This document shows, in pieces, positions 12,954-25,116 of a DNA stretch of 64,000 nt. Within the stretch, counting starts at the first letter, position 1. The number at the start of each line of letters is the position of its first letter. The stretch covers positions 1,984,001 to 2,048,000 of the forward strand of contig OZ037772.1 in assembly GCA_964035545.1 (NCBI GenBank), given 5' to 3'. Made by a program: the position numbers and the translations under genes. The notes beneath the pieces were generated by a model, which ran no database searches, was not told the origin of the DNA, and saw nothing but the letters and a program-made list of their open reading frames with translations. Origin of the DNA: Bugula neritina (Eukaryota > Animalia > Bryozoa).

Positions 12954-15502
12954 TAAAAAACAAAGAATGACGAAAACCAAAAGGTCAGAATAAACCTCAA
13001 GTACTAGCTCATCAACAGCTAAATGTACCCAAAGGCAGAGTGCTATACCTAATTCTACTCCGGGACCTACCGTGTCTCAGGCGATGTGTGAAAAATGTAC
13101 TAAAAAAATAGATGATGAAGATGAAGGCACCCTGTCAATTGAGTGTGAAACTTGTCTCAATTGGTTCCATTTAGACTGTACTGATCTTATGAAGCAAGAC
13201 CTAAACACCATCACGAAAAAGGGTTTTCATTGGTTTTGTGACCAATGTGAAGCTGTGGCATACCCAAATTTCATAACCAGACTTCAAGCTGTTGAATCCT
13301 ACATTGAAAAAAGTTATGTTCAAGTAATGGGTTCATTTAATAATCGCATGACTGCTGTGGAATCTCAACTAACTAGCTTATTTGAGAATCATGTTTCCAG
13401 AAGTGAGAAAACATTTGCTTCGGTAGTTGCAAGACTGGAAGACTCCACTACAACAATAAATAGGCAACTAAAAAACCAAGAAGTTCAAATTAAATTTACC
13501 AAAACAAAGATTTCTAGCGAAAGCAGAGCTAAAAATATCATAGTTTTTAGAATTTCCGAGGAACACGACACTACTTTAGATGAATCCATAGGTAAACTCT
13601 CAGAAGTTTTAGATTCATGTAGTCTCAGATTTTGCGCAGCAAGAGATAATGCCGCAAGATTAGGACAAAAAAATTTAACAAGATTTGACCCATGAAACTA
13701 ACATTAGCTTCAGAAGTTCAAAAATGGGAATTTCTAAAACGAATCAACGTTCAGAAAATAGAAGGAGTCTTTGCTCGTCTTGACTGGAATAAAGAGGAAC
13801 AAGAAATAGATTTTCAACTGAGAAGCGAGCTTAGGGAATTGAGGCAGAAAAATCCAGAAAACAAGTACAAGATAACAAACGGGAAGATAGTAATCGAAGA
13901 ATATTATCTGTAAATGCAAGATCAGTAAAGGGGAAAATATCGGAGATTCAAACCCTATCCGTTGAATACAATATCATTTGTATCACTGAAACACACCTAG
14001 ATAATGCATTTTTGAATTCTCAATTTTTTTCTCCCAAAGACAAAGTAGTATATAGAAAAACCCGTGACTCGCACGGAGGTGGTGTATTGATTGCCATAAA
14101 TGTAGGAATTCCCCATAAGCTAATCAGGTGTGAAACAGAAGCAGAAGTAATCACAGTATGTTTTAGATTGGATAGCAAGGAATATTGCAATCTTACTTGC
14201 TATTATAGACCCCCTTCTTCATGTGTTATGAACTTATTCTTTGAGTACATGGAAAATATTCACACTAAATACTCATAACTGGTGAATTTAACCTTCCAGG
14301 AATCAATTGGGGAAAATACTGGTCTTTCAACTTGTTGGAGGATATACTATACTGACTTTTGTAATTTTCTAACAACTTTTTCATAATTATACGCACGTAG
14401 CAGGCAATATATTAGATCTCATCTGTACTGACTTGTCATATAAAGTTTAAAGCACAAATATAATAACACAGGGTATTAGCAACCATTCCATGATAGAAAC
14501 GGTCTTGACTGGTAAAGTTAAACAGAAGAAGAAACCACCTATCCCCCATCAAGCTATTTTACAAAATCGAGTTTCGAACTCGGCGGGTTTACAACTGGTC
14601 TAGACGAGTTGCTTTACACTATTAAAAACAAAGTGATGCTGAAATATGATATTAATGTTATATGGAATACATTTCAGACTGAATTACATATACTTGTTGA
14701 TTCATATGTCCCAACTAAACAACGTAAGCCTAAAAATCTACATGAGCCTCTCTGGTTTACGGGCATGTTAGAAACAGCGAAAGTTCTACAACCGCTTTCA
14801 AAAGTCTGGTGATGCTGATCACTTGGCTAAATATAAAGAATTACGTCGCCACAATGAAAAATTATTTAGGAAGCTAAAAGCATCTTTTCTGGTGAATCGT
14901 CTATACCAACCTCTTTCCAGTGGCTACACAAAACTGTTTTACAAATATGTTACAGACCTAAAAGGGAATGATAATGAGATTACTTCCATAGAAAATAATG
15001 ATGATATTTTGATGCGCGATAAAACTAAGATATCTAACACTCTGAATGGTTTTTTCTACAGTGTGATTACCACTCCATCACCTTTAACAGAATTACCATC
15101 AGTCGCTGAGAAACATAATATAGTGGTAACTAAAGAAGGAGCTGTAAACCTGCTGAGACAACTTGTGCAAGGTAAAGCTCCTGGGGTAGATGAATTCACA
15201 AAGAACTATCTCACAGTAGACTTAGATCGAACAGCAGAAATACTGGTGTGTATTTTGAATCATTCACTCAGTACAGGAATAGTGCCGGATGACTGGAAGA
15301 CTGCAAATGTAACACCTGTGTTTAAACAGGGTAACCGCACTCTAGTTTCCAACTATCGACCAGTATCACTAACGTGCATTTGTTGTAAAATTCTTGAACA
15401 TGTGGTTCTGCATCATTTAAACACACAATTGGAAAATTTCATACATGAAAGCCAACATGGTTTTCGCCGCAACTTTTTATGTGTTACTCAGCTTGCTACC
15501 GT
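12954..15502 (+). mobile_element. CR1/L2-group non-LTR retrotransposon (LINE), degenerate and 3'-truncated
   Basis: ORF1 (ATG 12967, stop at 12991, frameshift ~13690, end 13913) has a PHD finger (CEKC..CETCLNWFHLDC..WFCDQC), a coiled coil and RAKNIIVF. ORF2 from ~13898 has APE motifs (NARS, ITETHL, GGGVLI, YYRPP, G[E]FNLP, NILDLI) and RT N-terminal motifs (KAPGVD, WKTANVTPVFK, NYRPVSLT, QHGFR). It ends before the catalytic YxDD. Confidence 0.9.
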
Positions 15503-16082
15503 CAACCAAATCAAATTTAAATTATTCATATTGACGTTGAAGTTTAATTTTATTTTGAAACTTAAAAATTAAAATTAATATAGTTTGTTCAAACAATTAA
15601 AATTATATTAATTATTGTAATGATCATAATCATAGTCATAACGTTAACTCATATTGCAATAGACATTGATAGTAATACTAAACTTTGGTCTTTTGCTTTT
15701 CAAACTTGCAGGTAGAAACAATTTTAAATGAGTATTAGTATGTTGAATACTGGTGATCATATGGGGAAAATGATGATAGTTCTTACTTGCAATTCATTTG
15801 TTTGTTTGATTATCAATTTGTATGTTCAGTAAATTTTATGTATTTCTAGGTATTGCATACTCTAGCAATAATAACTTTTATTCTGTAAATGGATGTATAA
15901 TAATGTTAAGGTGACTATAGTTTTATGTGATTGTCTATAAAATACTCTTGTTAGCATTAGTGTTCTTGATGTATCATTAGTGTTACTAAAAACAATGTTT
16001 AGGCTTAAAATCAATACTATTGTCATAATTCAAATTTATTTTTTGTATTTGTTTTTCGAAATTTTGTTTGTTCTGAAACCAG

Positions 16083-16100
16083 GACCAACCACTACTACTA

Positions 16101-16141
<41 letters not shown>

Positions 16142-16261
16142 GCTGCTACTACCACCACCACCACTACTACTGCTACTACCACCACCACCACTACTACCAC
16201 TACTAATACCATCTCCACAACTACCACCACCACTACTACTACCACAACTACTACTCCTTCA

Positions 16262-16299
<38 letters not shown>

Positions 16300-18921
16300 C
16301 ACTACTACCACTACTACTACTACCACTACTACTACCACCACCACTACTACCACCACCACTACTACCACCACCACTACAACCACTACTACTACTCCTTCAA
16401 CAACCACTACTACTACTCCTTCAATTACCACTACTACTACCACTACTGCTACTATTACCACCACTACTACTACTACCACTACTACTACCACTACTACTAC
16501 TACCACCACCACTACTACGACTACTACTACTACTACTCCTTCAACTACCACTACTACTACCACTACTGCTACTATTACCACCACTACTACTACTACCACT
16601 ACTACTACTACCACTACTACTACCACTACTACCACTACTACCACTACTACTACTACTACTCCTTCAACAACCACTACTACTACTCCTTCAACTACTACTG
16701 CTACAGCTGCTACTACTACCACCACCACTACTACCACCATCACTACTACCACCACCACTACAACCACTACTACAACTCCTTCAACAACCATTACTACTAC
16801 TCCTTCAACTACCACTACTACTACTATCACCACCACTACTACTACTACCACTACTACTACTCCTTCAACTACTACTACTACAAATACCACTACTACACTA
16901 CTACTACCACTACTACAACCACTATTACTACTACTACTACTACCACTACTACTACTACCACTACTACTACTACCACTACTTCTACTCCTTCAACTACTAC
17001 TGCTACAGCTGCTACTACTACCACCACCACTACTACCACCACCACTACTACCACCACCACTACAACCACTACTACTACTCCTTCAACAACCACTACTACT
17101 ACCACTACTGCTACTATCACCACCACTACTACTACTACCACTACTACTACTCCTTCAACTACTACTACTACAACTACCACTACTACACTACCACTACCAC
17201 TACTACTACTACCACTACTACTACTCCTTCAACTACTACTACTACAAATACCACTACTACACTACTACTACCACTACTACAACCACTATTACTACTACTA
17301 CTACTACCACTACTACTACTACCACTACTACTACTACCACTACTTCTACTCCTTCAACTACTACTGCTACAGCTGCTACTACTACCACCACCACTACTAC
17401 CACCACCACTACTACCACCACCACTACAACCACTACTACTACTCCTTCAACAACCACTACTACTACCACTACTGCTACTATCACCACCACTACTACTACT
17501 ACCACTACTACTACTCCGTCAACTACTACTACTACAACTACCACTACTACACTACCACTACCACTACTACAACCACTACTTCTACCACTACTACTACCAC
17601 CACCACTACAACCACTACTACTACTCCTTCAACTACCACTACTCCTTCAACTACTACTACCACTGCTACAACCACTACTACTACTACTACTACTACTACA
17701 GCTGCTACTACTACTACTCCTTCAACAACCACTACTACTACTCCTTCAACTACTACTGCTACAGCTGCTACTACTACCACCACCACTACTACCACCATCA
17801 CTACTACCACCACCACTACAACCACTACTACTACTCCTTCAACAACCATTACTACTACTATCACCACCACTACTACTACTACCACTGCTACTACTCCTTC
17901 AACTACTACTACTACAAATACCACTACTACACTACTACTACCACTACTACAACCACTATTACTACTACTACTACTACCACTACTACTACTACCACTACTA
18001 CTACTACCACTACTTCTACTCCTTCAACTACTACTGCTACAGCTGCTACTACTACCACCACCACTACTACCACCACCACTACTACCACCACCACTACAAC
18101 CACTACTACTACTCCTTCAACAACCACTACTACTACCACTACTGCTACTATCACCACCACTACTACTACTACCACTACTACTACTCCTTCAACTACTACT
18201 ACTACAACTACCACTACTACACTACCACTACCACTACTACTACTACCACTACTACTACTCCTTCAACTACTACTACTACAAATACCACTACTACACTACT
18301 ACTACCACTACTACAACCACTATTACTACTACTACTACTACCACTACTACTACTACCACTACTACTACTACAAATACCACTACTACACTACTACTACCAC
18401 TACTACAACCACTATTACTACTACTACTACTACCACTACTACTACTACCACTACTACTACTACCACCACCACTACAACCACTACTACTACTCCTTCAACA
18501 ACCACTACTACTACCACTACTATCACCACCACTACTACCACCACCACTACAAACACTACTACTACTCCTTCAACAACCACTACTACTACCACTACTGCTA
18601 CTATCACCACCACTACTACTACTACCACTACTACTACTCCTTCAACTACTACTACTACAACTACCACTACTACACTACCACTACCACTACTACAACCACT
18701 ACTTCTACCACTACTACTACCACCACCACTACAACCACTACTACTACTCCTTCAACTACCACTACTCCTTCAACTACTACTACCACTGCTATAACCACTA
18801 CTACTACCACTACTACCACTACCACCGCCTCCACCACCACCCGCTGCCACTCCAACTGCTACTCCAACTGCCGAACCAACAACAACTAAAATGTTTGTCA
18901 ATTCCAGAGCCCTCGACTTCA
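16083..18921 (+). repeat. (ACT/ACC)n array with higher-order units; probable decayed Thr-rich mucin-like exon
   Basis: Pyrimidine tract plus AG at 16081-82, then (G)PTTTT.. with recurring cct-tca (PS) codons. The unique tail AATPTATPTAEPTTTKMFVNSRALDF is followed by a phase-1 GT at 18922. Repeated 1-nt slips (..tactacactac..) rotate the frame T>L>Y. Confidence 0.7.
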
Positions 18922-19680
18922 GTATGAAATTCCCATGACTTGGTGGCCATGTTGCAATTTAGAGTAACTATAACTTTGAGAGTGTAAGCTAAAATCTACA
19001 CAATAATATGTTCATTAAAATTGTACTCTGCTTGTCACCAATTTCAATATTAACTAATTATTTGTTTTCCCAAACTTAACTTCCAGAATTTTCTTCTAAC
19101 CTATCCAATCTATAGTATAAAACTAAATCCTCACTTCCTTTCTATATAACCCTGAATTATATTAGCTCAGTATAATTTTTTAGGCTCAGTTCCTTAGAAT
19201 ATAGTGATTTATAGTTAATTCAACTTAGCATGTTATGCACCGTCTGCTAATTTTTAGATAAGTGAGACATTTTTAGAGGTGTGAGCTATGATCAAAAAGT
19301 CAATCTTTTTTTACTTTGCTCTCTGCTATTCTTTCTCCATATTCTACACTATTTTACCTTTTTCTTGCACACCATTTTTTACATTACATTACATTCTTAT
19401 TTGTTACACCACATTCTACCTTATTTTGTTGAGAAACAATCATGCGATCCTATCGCTAATCACATTCATGACAATCACGTGACAATATGCTAACTAATTG
19501 CTTTACTAGAATCGCTGTATACTTGTTTACTCTCTCTTCCGTTTTATATTATACAAAACCATCACGCTGTTTTTCATTCTAATAAATATTTTATTATCAA
19601 ATAATTAAATCAATCAGTCAGTTTGCTCGATAATTTAAATCAGCAATCAATAACGTATTTCATAATAAATACTATACACA

Positions 19681-22600
19681 ATGGCCACACATTCAACAGG
19701 TTATGGGCCCAGTGGCTTCAAACACAGGCTTCTCTTTGATGGTGATTCAAACAATTTCTCAATTTGGGAAACAAGATTCACTTCATACTTGTACACACAA
19801 GATGAACGAGTACACACCGCACTTCTACCCAAAGAAGAAGGAGAAGATAACGCTGCTGACTTCAACAAAAAGAATAAGCGAGCTTACGCTGAGCTTGTAC
19901 AAGTTTTAGACGAAAAGTCTCTTCAACTTGTGATGAGAGATGCCAAAGACGATGGAAGAAAAGCATTCAAAATCCTAAAAGAACACTATGCAAGTACACA
20001 AAAGCCTAGAGTATTAACTCTTTATGAACAACTTACAACTGTAAAAATGAATGATACAGAAGACATTACAGATTACCTGATTCGTGCTGAGAACTACTCA
20101 GCAGGCCTCAAGTCTGCTGGGGAAAATATTAGTGACAATTTGGTGATCGCAATGATCATGAAAGGATTACCAACATCCTACCAGCCTTTTGTTGTAGTAC
20201 ATACGCAACTTGACAAAAACCAAACCCTATCAGAGTTCAAAGCAGCTCTGACCAATTTCGACCTTACTGAGTCGGCAAGATGCTCTCAATCTACAGCCAT
20301 GGTATTTAAAGGAAGAGACAATTTCAAACCCACTAGCAAACGTGATAAACAATGCACTGCTTGTGGTAAAAGCAATCATTCTACAACAGATTGTTACTCA
20401 AAGCACAAACTATTTTGTAACTACTGCAAGAAAGCTGGACATATCGAATCAGTTTGCTGGACAAAGAAGAAGACAAGTAAAACTGAAATTTCATCGGCAA
20501 ATGCCACATATGCCTTCACTGTGAATACATCAAACCAATGCAACATAGCCACACAAAATAAATCTCAAGGAGGACAGTTGCTTATGGTGGACTGCGGAGC
20601 AACAAGTCATCTGGTGAACAATGAGAACAACTTCATTAGTTTTGATAAGAGCTTCACGCCTGAGAACCACTACATAGAGATGGCAGATGGTCGCAAAACA
20701 AACAAGCTGGCTGTAGCCAAAGGCACAGCACAGTTTACTATTACTGATGACAACAATATGGAGCAGCAGATTCATCTAAAAGACGCTTTGCTAGCACCAA
20801 CAATACCAACAAGCCTATTTTCAGTCCACGCCGCCACACAAAAAGGGGCAAAAGTACATTTCTCTAGAGAGAAAAATATACTGACAGTCGACAGGACAAC
20901 TTTTCCAATTATGCCCAAAGGCAGATTGTACTTCCTCAAGACAACCCATACAGGTGACTCAATAAACACCGCAAAATCGCTGCCCGATTGGCACAGGGCA
21001 CTAGGTCATATGAACACCAATGACATAATTGAGCTGGAGAAAGTGACAACAGGTATGACCATAACTGGAGCAAAATTAAAAATTGCATGCAAGACATGTG
21101 ACGAAAGTAAAATCACCAAACAACCTCACAAACAAGACGATAAACCTGAACTAGCTACACAGCCTCTACAACGTGTACACTCTGACTTATGCGGACCCAT
21201 CACACCAACTGCTAGAGGAGGACAAAACTACATAATAAACTTCATAGATGAATTTTCCAGTATGTTGTTCACCTACAATATACGCCACAAAAGTGATGCC
21301 ACCACTGCACTTAAGCAATTCATTGCAGATGTGGCACCTATAGGAGATGTGAAGGAGATCCATACTGACAACGGCATGGAGTACCTTGGACAGCCATTTG
21401 AAGCCGTGCTACGCGAGAGGGGAATCAAACACACCACTACAGCACCCTACTCATCCTACCAGAATGGTAAATCAGAGAGGACTTGGCGCACCATAATGGA
21501 CACAGCACGATGCCTACTCAAAGATTCAAATCTCCCCAAGACTTTCTGGAGTTTTGCCGCTGACCATGCCAAGTACCTAAGAAACCGAAGCTACCAGAGA
21601 CGGACGGGAAAGACAGCCTATGAATTATTCACAGGCACGCTACCCGACATGAGGAAAATCCACAATTTTGGATCCCAATGCACATTCTACTCAGAGGGAA
21701 ATAAATTAAAACTCAGTGACCGCGGACAAAGCGGCATATATCTTGGTGTCAACACAAAGGCCCAAGGCTACCTTATACTTACCCCTAATCAGAAAATTGT
21801 TACATCCAGAAATGTCATACCACAAATATGCGGAAATGACGCAATGAACGTCATACCACAAGGACCCGCACAAAACAGCAGAAATGGTACTCAGAATACC
21901 ATGCCACAAGAACCTGCACAAATATGCGGAAATGATGCAATGAACGTCATACCACAAGGACCCGCACAAAACAGCAGAAATGGTACTCAGAATACCATGC
22001 CACAAGAACCTGCACAAATATGCGGAAATGACGCAATGAAAGTCATGCCACAAGGACCCGCACTAAACAGCAGAAATGGTACTCAGAATACCATGCCACA
22101 AGAACCTGCACCAGATCCGGCAAAGGCCACCAACCAACCTGGACCACGTAAATCGGAACAGAAACGAAAGCCTCCTACATACCTACAGGACTATGACATA
22201 GAAGACACTGACTATGCTTGCTCACTGATGGCAAACATACCACAGTCCTACGAAGAAGCTGTAAATTCAAAAGATAAAGAAGCCTGGAAGAAAGCCATGG
22301 ACAAGGAAATAAACACCCTACGTGATTCAAACACCTGGTCTATCCAGCCGCTACCTGAAGACAGGACAGAGACCAAGGGCAGATGGGTTTATACCCTCAA
22401 ACAGGGAAAAACGCCAGGTGAAACTCAACATAAAGCTAGATATGTAGCAAAAGGATTTTCACAAATACAAGGAGTTGACTATGAAGAAACTTACAGTCCA
22501 ACCACCAGATTCACATCCATCAGATTGCTGTTACAGAAAGCAGCAAATGAAAACATGAAAATACATCAACTAGATGTTAAAGGAGCGTACCTAAACGCAC

Positions 22601-23787
22601 CAATCGATAAGGAAATTTATCTACAACAGCCTGAAGGGTACGAAGAAACCAACAAACAAGGGAAGCTTTCTTGTCGTCTCAACAAATCCATTTATGGCCT
22701 CAAGCAAAGCGGACGCAATTGGCACCAAACACTGACCACTTTCCTCAAGGAGCAAGGCTTCACACCTGGTGCTGGAGACCCTTGTCTATACTCAAAAGAG
22801 GACCCTTCAGATAAATCAGCCAACATCATCATTCTTTTCTGGGTTGATGACATCCTTCTCTGCTACCGAGACAACAACAGAATCACACAAACCAAATCTA
22901 TGATGCAACAAAAATTCAACATGGATGATAGAGGAGAATTAAGCTGGTTCCTGGGGATAGACTTCAGGAGACATGAGGACCAGTACACTATGTCACAGGA
23001 GCGCTACATAGACACACTGTTGAACACCTACAATATGGCAGATTGCAACCCTGTATATACTCTTGCTGAAAAGGACTTACAACTAGAAAAAGCAACAGAC
23101 GACGAATACGAGCGTTCAAAGGACTACCCCTACAGACAAGTTATAGGTTCTCTCATATACCTGATGACCGCCACACGTCCAGACCTAGCATGGATCATTG
23201 GGAAGCTCTCCCAACACCTAGAAAGACCTGGACCTGCACATATTGCTGCCTTGAAACGGCTGCTACGATACCTTAAAGGTACAAAAGGATTTAATCTGAG
23301 ATTCACTCCCAATCAACAAGAACTAGTGGGCTATGTGGATGCAGATTGGGGTGGAGAAACCTCCACACGAAGATCAACAACAGGATATGTATTCACCCTG
23401 GGTGGAGCCCCTATAAGTTGGAACAGCCGACGACAACCCACAGTGGCCTTATCATCATGCGAGGCCGAATACATAGCATTAGCCGAAGCCACAAAGGAGA
23501 TGCTATTCCTACAGACTTTGTGCAAAACATTCAAGATGAAACAGCCTAACCCTAACACACTTTTCACTGACAACCTTGGAGCCATTGCCCTCACCAAGGG
23601 ACAACCATACTCACATCAGAGGAGCAAACACATTGACATTAGATTCCACTTTGTCAGAGAGCAAACCACCATAGCGTACCAACACATCAGAGGAGCAGAG
23701 AACCCTGCCGATGTCATGACTAAAAGCTTGCCTAAAACCAATCACAGAATTGCCCTGGAGCTACTAGCTATCGAATCACATGCTTGA
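19681..23787 (+). CDS. Copia gag-pol polyprotein (1368 aa, uninterrupted)
   Basis: Two CX2CX4HX4C knuckles, protease VDCGAT, integrase (WHRALGH..CKTC, SDLCGP, TDNG, NGKSER), RT (DVKGAYLNA, WVDD), RNase H (DADWG, EAEY, KHIDIRFHFVRE). PR-IN-RT-RH order defines copia. Confidence 0.97.
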   Translation: MATHSTGYGPSGFKHRLLFDGDSNNFSIWETRFTSYLYTQDERVHTALLPKEEGEDNAADFNKKNKRAYAELVQVLDEKSLQLVMRDAKDDGRKAFKILKEHYASTQKPRVLTLYEQLTTVKMNDTEDITDYLIRAENYSAGLKSAGENISDNLVIAMIMKGLPTSYQPFVVVHTQLDKNQTLSEFKAALTNFDLTESARCSQSTAMVFKGRDNFKPTSKRDKQCTACGKSNHSTTDCYSKHKLFCNYCKKAGHIESVCWTKKKTSKTEISSANATYAFTVNTSNQCNIATQNKSQGGQLLMVDCGATSHLVNNENNFISFDKSFTPENHYIEMADGRKTNKLAVAKGTAQFTITDDNNMEQQIHLKDALLAPTIPTSLFSVHAATQKGAKVHFSREKNILTVDRTTFPIMPKGRLYFLKTTHTGDSINTAKSLPDWHRALGHMNTNDIIELEKVTTGMTITGAKLKIACKTCDESKITKQPHKQDDKPELATQPLQRVHSDLCGPITPTARGGQNYIINFIDEFSSMLFTYNIRHKSDATTALKQFIADVAPIGDVKEIHTDNGMEYLGQPFEAVLRERGIKHTTTAPYSSYQNGKSERTWRTIMDTARCLLKDSNLPKTFWSFAADHAKYLRNRSYQRRTGKTAYELFTGTLPDMRKIHNFGSQCTFYSEGNKLKLSDRGQSGIYLGVNTKAQGYLILTPNQKIVTSRNVIPQICGNDAMNVIPQGPAQNSRNGTQNTMPQEPAQICGNDAMNVIPQGPAQNSRNGTQNTMPQEPAQICGNDAMKVMPQGPALNSRNGTQNTMPQEPAPDPAKATNQPGPRKSEQKRKPPTYLQDYDIEDTDYACSLMANIPQSYEEAVNSKDKEAWKKAMDKEINTLRDSNTWSIQPLPEDRTETKGRWVYTLKQGKTPGETQHKARYVAKGFSQIQGVDYEETYSPTTRFTSIRLLLQKAANENMKIHQLDVKGAYLNAPIDKEIYLQQPEGYEETNKQGKLSCRLNKSIYGLKQSGRNWHQTLTTFLKEQGFTPGAGDPCLYSKEDPSDKSANIIILFWVDDILLCYRDNNRITQTKSMMQQKFNMDDRGELSWFLGIDFRRHEDQYTMSQERYIDTLLNTYNMADCNPVYTLAEKDLQLEKATDDEYERSKDYPYRQVIGSLIYLMTATRPDLAWIIGKLSQHLERPGPAHIAALKRLLRYLKGTKGFNLRFTPNQQELVGYVDADWGGETSTRRSTTGYVFTLGGAPISWNSRRQPTVALSSCEAEYIALAEATKEMLFLQTLCKTFKMKQPNPNTLFTDNLGAIALTKGQPYSHQRSKHIDIRFHFVREQTTIAYQHIRGAENPADVMTKSLPKTNHRIALELLAIESHA
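19699..19712 (+). promoter_or_regulatory. Primer-binding site, copia-type (complementary to the internal anticodon-arm region of tRNA-iMet)
   Basis: GGTTATGGGCCCAG immediately after the 5' LTR; same motif as the Drosophila copia half-tRNA PBS. Confidence 0.9.
21821..22110 (+). repeat. 3 x 96-bp in-frame tandem repeat (each a dimer of 48-bp subunits) in the copia IN-RT linker
   Basis: QICGNDAMNVIPQGPA-QNSRNGTQNTMPQEPA x3; units start at 21821, 21917 and 22013. Confidence 0.95.
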
Positions 23788-24066
23788 GGGGGCGTGTTGA
23801 GAAACAATCATGCGATCCTATTGCTAATCACATTCATGACAATCACGTGACAATATGCTAACTAATTGTTTTACTAGAATCGCTGTATACTTGTTTACTC
23901 TCTCTTTCGTTTTATATTATACAAAACCATCACGCTGTTTTTCATTCTAATAAATATTTTATTATCAAATAATTAAATCAGTCAGTCAGTTTGCTCGATA
24001 ATTTAAATCAGCAATCAATAACGTATTTCATAATAAATACTATACACAATGGCCACACATTCAACA

Positions 24067-24430
24067 TATTTCACCTTATTTTTGCACCATATTCTACATT
24101 ATTCTACCTTATTCTTACACCATTTTCTACCTTATCCTTACACCATGCATATTCTACATTATTCTTACACCATATTTTACCTTATTCTTACACCATATTC
24201 TACATTATTCTTACACCATATTTTACCTTATTCTTACACCATATTCTACTTTATTCTTACACCATATTCTACCTTATCCTTACACCATATTCTACCTTAT
24301 CCTTACACCATATTCTACATTATTCTTACACCATATTCTACATTATTCTTACACCATATTCTACATTATCCTTACACCACATTCTACATTATTCTTACAC
24401 CATATTCTACATTATTCTTACACCATATTT
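24067..24430. repeat. 23-bp minisatellite (ATTCTACATTATTCTTACACCAT) interrupted by the copia element
   Basis: ~15 tandem units; degenerate units also lie left of the element at ~19325-19426. Confidence 0.93.
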
Positions 24431-24659
24431 TATTTAAGTGTTGGATGCTTGGGGAAATCCACCCACTGGATTTTATGGGTTTTTAGTGTATAAGTGCTTT
24501 CTGACTCTCATCAGTTTGTATAATACAAGAACCCAGGAGAATCACTGAATTGGTATAACATAGAGATATGTTCATCAGAAATGTACATGATGTAGCAGTG
24601 CAGCCCAATGAAATCATTCTAGAAAGTTAAATGATGTTCTTTTAGACATTGCTCTGTAG

Positions 24660-25116
24660 AACTCAGAGTGAGCATGTGACATCCAGGTTCCGAGTGTATT
24701 ACTATCAGTGGTGGAGAGGAAGAAGGTTGTTGGTGTACAGGGGGTACTCACTACTACAACCGAGCTTGTGTACCTGACATGACTAGTAAGTGTGTATCTA
24801 CAGACAAGCAGACTGACTGACTGACTGACTGACTGACTGACTGGACAGACTGACAGGTAAACAGATAGGTAAATATCGATCACATATATAGTGAAGCTAC
24901 CAACTGAGACCTAGACTGTGTTTTGATTTAGCATATACTGGTATATGATATCTTTCTAAAATGTGTTTACAGTTTACTGTACAAAGTATAGTTCCATCAG
25001 ATGGACTCACTCTACTCATGTGTAAGACTCATCAAGAATGCCTACCCAATCAGATCTGTGTTAACGAGGTGTGCACACTGACGTGTAAAAGTGACCCTGA
25101 GTGTGCATCCAACCAG
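24660..25116 (+). pseudogene. Two Cys-rich extracellular-module exons (EB/dumpy-like), first one disrupted
   Basis: 24660-24785: ..PGSECITISGGEEEGCWCTGGTHYYNRACVPDMT|gt, with an upstream stop/frameshift. Phase-1 splice to 24992-25116: IPSDGLTLLMCKTHQECLPNQICVNEVCTLTCKSDPECASNQ|gt. Confidence 0.6.

Larger units (their letters stand above)
19427..24066 (+). mobile_element. Full-length Ty1/copia LTR retrotransposon
   Basis: LTRs at 19427-19698 and 23795-24066 (272 bp each, TG..CA, 4 transition differences). TSD TATTT (19422-26 and 24067-71), PBS GGTTATGGGCCCAG at 19699, PPT GAGGGGGCG at 23786-94. Confidence 0.98.

Noticed and set aside
15980-18889. 969-aa ORF as a real protein
   Set aside because: It cycles through poly-T, poly-L and poly-Y frames of a trinucleotide array that has no stops on this strand, and it starts at a GTG in intron-like DNA.
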